Source of the DNA: a bacterium
GTDB lineage: Bacteria > Patescibacteriota > Patescibacteriia > JAHIZJ01
Reading direction: 5' to 3'
NCBI GenBank assembly: GCA_030699685.1
Contig: JAUYLJ010000054.1
Span: forward strand, 309-64,308
Length of the DNA: 64,000 nt
A model generated the notes under the pieces. That model had not been told where the DNA came from, made no database searches, and worked only from the letters and a program-made list of their open reading frames with translations. Shown piece after piece: positions 36,553 to 47,001 of this stretch (position 1 is its first letter; each line of letters begins with the position of its first letter). Position numbers and translations under genes: made by a program.

Positions 36553-37719
36553 ATGCGTATCGGGATTGATTGTCGGACCATCCTAAACCCGAAGCGCGGA
36601 GAACGCGCCGGCGTAGGTCATTATTCCTACTATTTAGTAAAGACTCTCTTAGCCAAGGATAAGAAGAACTCTTATGTCTTATTTTTTGACTATCGTTTTC
36701 AGGACACGCGGGAATTTGAGCAGTCAAATGTCACGATACGGTACTTTCCGTTTTCGCAGTACAAAAAATTTCTCCCTTTCAGTTATTCCCACATGCTGAT
36801 CGCGGCCTTCCTCGCCCGGGAAAAACTGGATGTGTATCATTCGCCGGCCAACGTGATTCCCTATGGTTATCGGGGTTCTTCGATTGTGACAGTCCATGAC
36901 CTGGCCATCTATAAACACCCAGGTTGGTTTCCCCGAGGACAGAAATTCAGCGTGTCCGTGCTGGTGCCCCGCAGCCTGAACCGGGCGAAGCGAATTATCG
37001 CCGTGTCCGGATCCACAAGGAAAGACATCGTCCGTCTTTTCGACGAGCCTCAAGAAAAGATCAGGGTCATCCATGAAGGGGTGCTCTCGGAGCAATCCAG
37101 CATGACGGATATTGAGATTCGCAAAAAGCACGATATTGACGGACCGTATCTTCTGTACGTGGGTACGATAGAGCCGCGTAAAAATCTCGCCCTGCTTGTC
37201 TCGGCCTACGGCGCGCTAATTAGCAAAAATCCTCGTATGGCCAAATACCGCCTGGTGCTGGCCGGGCACAAGGGCTGGAAGAGCGACGACGTATTCAAAA
37301 CTATCAAAAAGCTCAAGCTGGAGTCTCAGGTTCGCTACCTCGACTATGTATCTCACGAAGACAAAATCGCGCTTCTTTCACACGCTACCTGTTTTGTATT
37401 CCCCACGCTTTACGAAGGCTTCGGCCTGCCGGTGCTAGAAGCCATGAACGTGGGGGCGCCGGTGATCACTTCGAATATCGCGTCGCTGCCGGAGATTACC
37501 GGTCAGGCGGCCTTACTGGTCAATCCCCGAAGCGAGAAGTCGTTGGCCGCCGCCTTGAAGAAGATGCTGAGTTCATCTTCGGTTCGAAAGAGATTTTCTC
37601 TCAAAGGACGGGAACAGGCAAAACAGTTTACTTGGACCAAATGCGCCTCTGAAACCTTGTCCGTGTATCGGGAAGTTGGGGGCAAAACTCGCGCGGCATC
37701 TGTTCGGAAGCAAAAGTAA
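36553..37719 (+). CDS. GT4-family glycosyltransferase
   Basis: EGFGLPVLEAMNVGAPVITS GT-B fold signature. Confidence 0.85.
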   Translation: MRIGIDCRTILNPKRGERAGVGHYSYYLVKTLLAKDKKNSYVLFFDYRFQDTREFEQSNVTIRYFPFSQYKKFLPFSYSHMLIAAFLAREKLDVYHSPANVIPYGYRGSSIVTVHDLAIYKHPGWFPRGQKFSVSVLVPRSLNRAKRIIAVSGSTRKDIVRLFDEPQEKIRVIHEGVLSEQSSMTDIEIRKKHDIDGPYLLYVGTIEPRKNLALLVSAYGALISKNPRMAKYRLVLAGHKGWKSDDVFKTIKKLKLESQVRYLDYVSHEDKIALLSHATCFVFPTLYEGFGLPVLEAMNVGAPVITSNIASLPEITGQAALLVNPRSEKSLAAALKKMLSSSSVRKRFSLKGREQAKQFTWTKCASETLSVYREVGGKTRAASVRKQK

Positions 37720-37796
37720 TAATATTTTTCCTTGATCTTTATGGCGGAATACGTCTGCCCGCTGTCAGCCGCGGCAGAATAGTATCGGCTTTTTCG

Positions 37797-38018
37797 ATGA
37801 TGGCATCTTTTTCGATCCGGGTTATTCCAAAATCTAAAACGCGCTCAGTATCGCGGCGCGGCGATGCTTTGGTTGTTCGTGTCCAAAACGCGCCAGAGAA
37901 AGGCAAAGCCAACAATGAAGCCATAAAGGCATTGGCTGAGTATCTGGGAGTGGCTTCGTCGCGGTTAACGCTGGTATCAGGCAAAGGTTCCCGTCTCAAG
38001 CGGGTGCGTTTCGATTGA
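37797..38018 (+). CDS. DUF167/YggU-family protein
   Basis: 73 aa; ...RGDALVVRVQNAPEKGKANNEAIKALAEYLGV...LVSGKGSRLKRV typical of UPF0235. Confidence 0.6.
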   Translation: MMASFSIRVIPKSKTRSVSRRGDALVVRVQNAPEKGKANNEAIKALAEYLGVASSRLTLVSGKGSRLKRVRFD

Positions 38019-38070
38019 ATCACCCTGTTATTTATGGTATAATTAAGGAACGGAAGATTTTCACGCAACT

Positions 38071-38445
38071 ATGGCTGAAAAAAAGACCATTCTGGTCGTG
38101 GAGGACGAAGAGTCGATCGCCAAATCCTATCTCAAACACTTTCATGATTTGGGCTGGGAGGTTGTAATCGCGATTGATGGAGAGGACGCTTTGGAAAAAC
38201 TCAAGAACGTCACGCCTGATCTGATCCTGCTTGACCTGATTTTGCCGAAGATGCACGGTTTTGAATTCTTAAGCCAGATAAAGCAGGACGAGAAATTGAA
38301 GAATCTGCCGGTGATTATCCTGTCGAACCTTTCGAGCTCTCGAAACAAGGACAAAGCGGTCGCTCTGGGTGCCGAAAAATATTTCGTAAAAACCGAAGTA
38401 ACTATCGGCGATATCGTGGAAATGGTCCAAGAACATTTTCGCTGA
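38071..38445 (+). CDS. stand-alone response-regulator receiver (CheY-like)
   Basis: VVEDEE...LILLDLILP...K receiver motifs with phospho-acceptor Asp; no output domain. Confidence 0.85.
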   Translation: MAEKKTILVVEDEESIAKSYLKHFHDLGWEVVIAIDGEDALEKLKNVTPDLILLDLILPKMHGFEFLSQIKQDEKLKNLPVIILSNLSSSRNKDKAVALGAEKYFVKTEVTIGDIVEMVQEHFR

Positions 38446-38448
38446 TTC

Positions 38449-38814
38449 ATGGCGCAAAAAATACTTATCATCGAAGACGAGCAAACACTGGCCCGTTCTC
38501 TCAAGGCTAAAATGGAGCGGGCGGGGTATGCCGTGGACAGGAAGATTGACGGTGTCCACGGATTGAAGCACGCGACTGACAAAAAGCCCGATTTCATCAT
38601 CCTTGACCTTATCTTGCCTGGTATGGGCGGACTGGAGGTGCTGAATGCGCTCAAGTCAAAAAAGGAGACAAAAATAATACCGGTGTTGGTGCTGAGCAAC
38701 GTTGACGATCCTAAAAGCTCTGACGAGGCTCTGAATTTAGGCGCGGTCAATTACCTGATCAAGACCCAGGTCACGCTCGAAAATATTCTCGAAGAAATCC
38801 GAAAACATATTTAA
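38449..38814 (+). CDS. stand-alone response-regulator receiver (second copy)
   Basis: IIEDEQ...FIILDLILPGMGG...K receiver motifs; 3-nt gap from the previous REC gene. Confidence 0.85.
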   Translation: MAQKILIIEDEQTLARSLKAKMERAGYAVDRKIDGVHGLKHATDKKPDFIILDLILPGMGGLEVLNALKSKKETKIIPVLVLSNVDDPKSSDEALNLGAVNYLIKTQVTLENILEEIRKHI

Positions 38815-39052
38815 TCCGACCGGTAAAATACCGGCCTGCTTGCGTCGGCGTTTCTTTTATTGTTTAGGATAGCGAGTGAAGGAATGTGTACCACGGCAGT
38901 CACTTCCGAGCGACGCAAGACAAAAACAGGGTCCATTTCCCCGTGGCTGGCGGCGTTTACCATCGCCCTGCTATAAATGGGGCTGGGGTTCAGGGCTTGC
39001 CCTGGGGTGTAATACCCTCTATACTCAACGCGTATTTTGCGATAACAAAACC

Positions 39053-41956
39053 ATGGCCACACCACAATTTTCTGAACTGGAGGAAGGGGTTCTTAAACGC
39101 TGGAAAGACAAGTCGATTTTCAAAAAATCCCTTGAGCAAACGGCTCAAGGTAAACGCTTTGTTTTTTTTGAGGGGCCGCCAACAGCCAATGGCCGACCCG
39201 GAATTCATCATGTTTTGGCCCGCGTTTTCAAGGATGTCATCCCTCGGTATAAAACGATGCGTGGTTTTTTTGTCGAGCGCAAGGCCGGCTGGGATACCCA
39301 GGGATTGCCGGTTGAGCTGGAGGTGGAAAAACAAATCGGGGTATCGGGCAAAGCTGACATAGAAAAATTCGGCGTGGAGAAATTCAACGCCGCTTGCCGC
39401 GCCAGCGTCTGGAAATACCAGGAAGAGTGGCAGCGAATGACCGAGCGAATAGGTTTCTGGCTTGATCTCGAACATCCCTACGTCACGTACCATAATGAGT
39501 ATATCGAAACGCTTTGGTGGATTTTTAAGCAATTCCGGGAAAAGGATCTTTTATACCGCGATTACAAGGTGGTGCCGCAATGCCCGCGGTGCGGAACGGC
39601 GCTCTCCTCACATGAAGTGGCTCAGGGCTATCAATCGGTAACCGAAGAATCGGTGTACGTGACTTTCCCCGTCAAAAATCAGCCCGATACCTACATACTG
39701 TCCTGGACTACCACGCCCTGGACCTTGCCTGGCAACGTGGCGCTGGCAGTCGGACCGCGCTTCACTTACGTCAAGATTTTGTTGAACGGGAAGGTGTACA
39801 TACTGGCTGAACAGCGGCTCAGTATCATTGATGGCGAATATGAGGTGCTGGAAAAGATGTCGGGCCAGGATTTGGCCGGGTTGGAATACGAGCCTCTCTT
39901 TGACGGTTTGCAAAAATCACTAAGCTCCAACGACAAGGCATTCTATCTGACGACGGCTGACTTTGTCACGGTGACGGATGGTACTGGCGTGGTGCATACA
40001 GCCGTCATGTATGGGGAAGACGACTATGTTCTGGGACAGAAGATCGGCTTGCCGAAAAAACACACGGTTAATCCCGACGGAACGTTTAACGAACTGGTGT
40101 CTAAGTGGCAAGGGAAATTCGTCAAAGACGTCGAGTCGATGATAATTGACGACCTTAGGACGCGCGATCTTCTTTTCAAAAGCGAAGAATACACTCATGA
40201 CTATCCTTTTTGCTGGCGCTGCCACAGCCCCTTGCTTTATTACGCGAAACATTCCTGGTTCGTAAGGATGTCCTCGCTTCGTGATCAGCTCATCGCCAAT
40301 AATGCAAAGATCAATTGGGTGCCTGAACACATCCGACGCGGACGTTTTGGCGAATGGCTCAGCGAAATAAAAGACTGGGCGATTTCCCGCGAACGCTACT
40401 GGGGAACACCCCTTCCCATCTGGGTCAATACGCAAGATGAAAATGACGTGATAGTTGTTGGCGGCTTCGCGGAGCTCAAATCCCTGGCGAAGGATCCTGC
40501 CGCACTGGGTGATAAATTTGACCCGCACAAGCCCTTCATTGACGAAATAATACTGAAGAAAGACGGACAAGAGTATCGCCGAGTGCCGGAGGTGGCCGAT
40601 ACCTGGTTTGATTCCGGTGCCATGCCCTTTGCCCAATGGCACTATCCATTCGAGAACAAAGAACGCGTCGACAAGGGAATGAGTTTTCCGGCAGACTATA
40701 TCTGTGAAGCGATCGATCAAACCCGTGGTTGGTTCTACACTCTATTGGCGGTGGCAACGGCGCTGGGGTACAAGGAGTCTCCCTATCGCAATGTCATTTG
40801 CTTGGGTCACGTGTTGGACGCCAAGGGCCAGAAAATGAGCAAGCATATCGGCAATGTCGTTGATCCCTGGCAGGTGATAGCAGAGTTTGGTATTGATCCT
40901 GTCCGGTGGTATTTTTACACGGTCAACCAACCGGGAGAATACAAACGTTTTGACCCTGAGGGGTTACGCGAGGTAGTGAAAAAGACTTTCATCATCCTTT
41001 GGAATGTGGTCAATTTTTACACGCTTTTTTCAAGTAAGGAAAACCTGGCTCAGCCGGCGCCTGATTCAAGTAATATCCTTGACCGCTGGATACTGGCGAA
41101 ACTTGATCGTCTGGTCGTCGATGTCACCGGCCGGTTGGAGTCCTATCAGATAACCGAAGGCGGCCGGGCCATCACCGAGTTTATTAACGATCTCTCGACC
41201 TGGTACGTCCGGCGGAGCCGTGACCGTTTCAAATCCAGTGAAGCTTCTGAGGTAAAGCCGGCTCTGCACACGTTGCGAACGATTCTGCTTGAGGTATCAA
41301 AACTGATGGCGCCTTTTGCGCCCTTTATATCCGACGCGGTGTACGAAACCGTCGGCGGCGAAAAAGAAAGTGTCCATCTCGAATCATGGCCTGAGCGTCA
41401 GGCAAATACGGACGATGAGCGTTTGCTGGGTGAGATGGAAGCGGTTCGTCAGGTGGTGGAGCTGGTACATGCCGCCAGGACTGAGCGGGCGGTGAAAGTG
41501 CGCCAACCATTGTCGCAGCTGGTCATTCAATCGAAAGAGTGGCGCACAGAACTCGTTGATATTCTGAAGGCCGAGGTCAACGTCCACGATATTTACTTTC
41601 GTGAAGAGATACCCGAATCATCGGACTGGCAGGTCCAACGGATAGACAAGCTGGCCATCGCGCTGGACGTGACCGTGACGGATGAACTCTATTATCAAGG
41701 GATGATCCGCGAGCTGATCCGGCGGATCAATGTTTTGCGCAAACGCTCGAAGCTGACAATCCAGGACCGCGTCGAATTGTACCTCGATACCCAGGCTGAT
41801 GATTTGCGCGAAGCCGTGAAGCAGCACGAGGAGTGGTTGCGCCGGGAGACGCTGGCTGACGCTGTCGTCCTGCGAACTTTTGACGATACAGTTGGAGAGA
41901 TCGACCAGGCTGAATTTGACGGCAAGTCCATCCGGCTTGGCATCAAGAAGCGCTAA
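39053..41956 (+). CDS. ileS: isoleucine-tRNA ligase
   Basis: HIGH (PTANGRPGIHHVLA), KMSKS (KMSKHIGN), CP1 editing domain, Zn-finger CPRCGT; start at MATPQF (ORF-track start at 38876 is upstream read-through). Confidence 0.95.
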   Translation: MATPQFSELEEGVLKRWKDKSIFKKSLEQTAQGKRFVFFEGPPTANGRPGIHHVLARVFKDVIPRYKTMRGFFVERKAGWDTQGLPVELEVEKQIGVSGKADIEKFGVEKFNAACRASVWKYQEEWQRMTERIGFWLDLEHPYVTYHNEYIETLWWIFKQFREKDLLYRDYKVVPQCPRCGTALSSHEVAQGYQSVTEESVYVTFPVKNQPDTYILSWTTTPWTLPGNVALAVGPRFTYVKILLNGKVYILAEQRLSIIDGEYEVLEKMSGQDLAGLEYEPLFDGLQKSLSSNDKAFYLTTADFVTVTDGTGVVHTAVMYGEDDYVLGQKIGLPKKHTVNPDGTFNELVSKWQGKFVKDVESMIIDDLRTRDLLFKSEEYTHDYPFCWRCHSPLLYYAKHSWFVRMSSLRDQLIANNAKINWVPEHIRRGRFGEWLSEIKDWAISRERYWGTPLPIWVNTQDENDVIVVGGFAELKSLAKDPAALGDKFDPHKPFIDEIILKKDGQEYRRVPEVADTWFDSGAMPFAQWHYPFENKERVDKGMSFPADYICEAIDQTRGWFYTLLAVATALGYKESPYRNVICLGHVLDAKGQKMSKHIGNVVDPWQVIAEFGIDPVRWYFYTVNQPGEYKRFDPEGLREVVKKTFIILWNVVNFYTLFSSKENLAQPAPDSSNILDRWILAKLDRLVVDVTGRLESYQITEGGRAITEFINDLSTWYVRRSRDRFKSSEASEVKPALHTLRTILLEVSKLMAPFAPFISDAVYETVGGEKESVHLESWPERQANTDDERLLGEMEAVRQVVELVHAARTERAVKVRQPLSQLVIQSKEWRTELVDILKAEVNVHDIYFREEIPESSDWQVQRIDKLAIALDVTVTDELYYQGMIRELIRRINVLRKRSKLTIQDRVELYLDTQADDLREAVKQHEEWLRRETLADAVVLRTFDDTVGEIDQAEFDGKSIRLGIKKR

Positions 41957-42756
41957 TGGCCTTCACGTACACGACTGAAGGGGTAATACTTCGGCGTATT
42001 GCCTATCGGGAATCAGACCGGAAGATCGTGCTGCTTTCGCCTGATCACGGCAAATTGGATTTGACGGCTCGAGGCGCGTCAAAAATTGTCAGCAAATTGG
42101 CGCCGCATTTGGAGCCCTATACGTATGTGCGGGTGACTGTCGCGTCGGGGAATATGGAAACCATCACCCATTGCCAGGTTAAAAAACGCTTTAGCACGTT
42201 TACCACGTCGTTAATGAAAAAGGCCTGGGTTGACTATACGGCCGAAGTAGTCGATCAGCTACTACGTACCAGACAAGTTGATCCGTCTGTTTTTCGGCTG
42301 GTGTTTGATACTTGGAACGTAATCGACGAGCTGCCCTCCGTGAAGAAGACGGCGCTGGTTGGCTATGTGGTCGTGGCCGGCTTCGTCTTGAAACTCTTAG
42401 GCTGCCTTGGTTACCGACCAGAGCTGACGCTTTGCGCCAGATGCGGTAAACGGATGGATCCGAGCGGAAACACTTTTGATTCCGTGAACGGAGCACTGAT
42501 TTGCCGGCGATGTAAAAAGCACTTTCCCCAATCTCAGCTCGTTGGCGTTTCCGTTTCCACCATCAAGTTGCTGCGTTTTTTACTTCAGGAAGGGTATCCT
42601 CAGATATTGCGCTTGAAACTGAACGCCAGACAGCTGGCCGAACTGCATTCCGTAGTGCAAAAATATTTAGGGCAACAACTGAATTTTCCGTTGCGGAGCG
42701 TGGAGTTTTGGCGCTGGCTCAATACTCAGCCGTCCTTTCAGCAGTCGATTCGTTGA
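41956..42756 (+). CDS. recO: DNA repair protein RecO
   Basis: OB-fold N-domain and C-terminal zinc finger CARCGK...CRRCKK; start overlaps the ileS stop (TAATG). Confidence 0.85.
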   Translation: MAFTYTTEGVILRRIAYRESDRKIVLLSPDHGKLDLTARGASKIVSKLAPHLEPYTYVRVTVASGNMETITHCQVKKRFSTFTTSLMKKAWVDYTAEVVDQLLRTRQVDPSVFRLVFDTWNVIDELPSVKKTALVGYVVVAGFVLKLLGCLGYRPELTLCARCGKRMDPSGNTFDSVNGALICRRCKKHFPQSQLVGVSVSTIKLLRFLLQEGYPQILRLKLNARQLAELHSVVQKYLGQQLNFPLRSVEFWRWLNTQPSFQQSIR

Positions 42757-42831
42757 GCTCCTAATGCGCGGTTGATGCTATTGACGACCGCATGGAGTTC
42801 GTGATATCCCATGTGAGTGCGTGAGTAAAGA

Positions 42832-43335
42832 TTGGAGGGGAGTTCCATGACAAGCGATGTAGGGGATGTTGGTAAGTTGACTGAGCGGCTTGTGGTAGAG
42901 CTTGGGCACTTAGAGGATGGCGTGCTCCGGGAAGAACTGAAGAACCTGCTGGCGCTGGGTGATCCTGATGGCCGCTGGCCCTATCCAGGTGATCCTTCTC
43001 CGTGTTCCAGGTTCTGGAGTGTCTACCAGGAAGCGAAGCAGATGGGTGAGCCTGGAAGAGCTTTCATTCGCGACTGCGCGCCGGCCTTGACGATTCTGGC
43101 TCGTGACTTCGACCCAGATATGGATCATCCGTCGCTCTTCTTCGAGCTAATCCCTTTGGCGATGTTGATGAGTGATGGCGAATTGCGACGGGCTCTGGCT
43201 GACAGGCGCGATTGCGACAGCTTGGAGTATCGCGGGATGTCTGGCACCGGACAGCTCGATCGGGTGAGGAGAGCTGTCGATCGTAAACTGCTCTCGAGGA
43301 CAGAAGCTCTGGAACGGGAGGAGAATTATGAGTAA
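42832..43335 (+). CDS. hypothetical protein (GC-rich)
   Basis: 167-aa ORF; no motif recognised. Confidence 0.35.
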   Translation: MEGSSMTSDVGDVGKLTERLVVELGHLEDGVLREELKNLLALGDPDGRWPYPGDPSPCSRFWSVYQEAKQMGEPGRAFIRDCAPALTILARDFDPDMDHPSLFFELIPLAMLMSDGELRRALADRRDCDSLEYRGMSGTGQLDRVRRAVDRKLLSRTEALEREENYE

Positions 43336-43483
43336 GAAGGAACGCCAGTTGGCGTTCAGAAGGGCGGCTGAGTACGAGATCAACAGCCAGCGCCTGGTGC
43401 TCAAGCGCTTGGGTGGATTCCTCCTTTTCACCGCCCTTGCCACGTTGGCTCTTTGGTACTTTTCGAATGGCTCCGTTCGTTGA
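43328..43483 (+). CDS. candidate small membrane protein (51 aa), not in the ORF track
   Basis: ATGAGTAA overlap with the upstream stop; MSKKERQLAFRRAAEYEINSQRLVLKRLGGFLLFTALATLALWYFSNGSVR has a basic N-terminus and one TM. Confidence 0.3.
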   Translation: MSKKERQLAFRRAAEYEINSQRLVLKRLGGFLLFTALATLALWYFSNGSVR

Positions 43484-43546
43484 CGACGACGGAGTTTTTG
43501 TTACCTGGTTGCCGAAGCAGTCAAAAAACGCTATACTTAGCTGACT

Positions 43547-46580
<3,034 letters not shown>

Positions 46581-46636
46581 CTGTCGCTTCCAGGAACCTT
46601 GGAAATATGGTATAATAGGGCAATAGGAAAGCCTTC

Positions 46637-46999
46637 ATGAGTTTCATTCTGACATCGTTCAAAATCGTATTCGTCGATATCATCGGCGGTGTCTTGTATT
46701 TTCCGGTCTGGTGGTATTCATCAGGCTTGGTGCTGGTTCTTAATAATATCAGCGCGAAGCTTGGTTCCACCGCGCGGATACTTGCCCTGGGCATATTGTT
46801 CCGGTATTTGTTTAAGCCCATGTATGCGGATTTTAGCAAGGAAGGGAGGGCGATCAGCGTCGTTATTCGCTTTGTGCATCTGATTTTTATGCTGGGCGTG
46901 TTTATCGTAGCGGTTTTCTTTTGGCTGTCGCTTCTTTTTCTCTGGCTCGTGCTGCCGCCGGCAGCGGTGTTTTTTATCTTTCGTAATTTTAGCGGCTAG
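46637..46999 (+). CDS. hypothetical small membrane protein
   Basis: 120 aa, 3 TM helices. Confidence 0.4.
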   Translation: MSFILTSFKIVFVDIIGGVLYFPVWWYSSGLVLVLNNISAKLGSTARILALGILFRYLFKPMYADFSKEGRAISVVIRFVHLIFMLGVFIVAVFFWLSLLFLWLVLPPAAVFFIFRNFSG

Positions 47000-47001
47000 T
47001 C

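Noticed and set aside
39608-41946. Numerous minus-strand ORFs (e.g. 39920..40720, 41066..41946) inside ileS
   Set aside because: They are antisense to a highly conserved synthetase gene and have no motifs; typical shadow ORFs. The same applies to antisense ORFs inside copA, the M32 carboxypeptidase, the Clp ATPase and glyQS.
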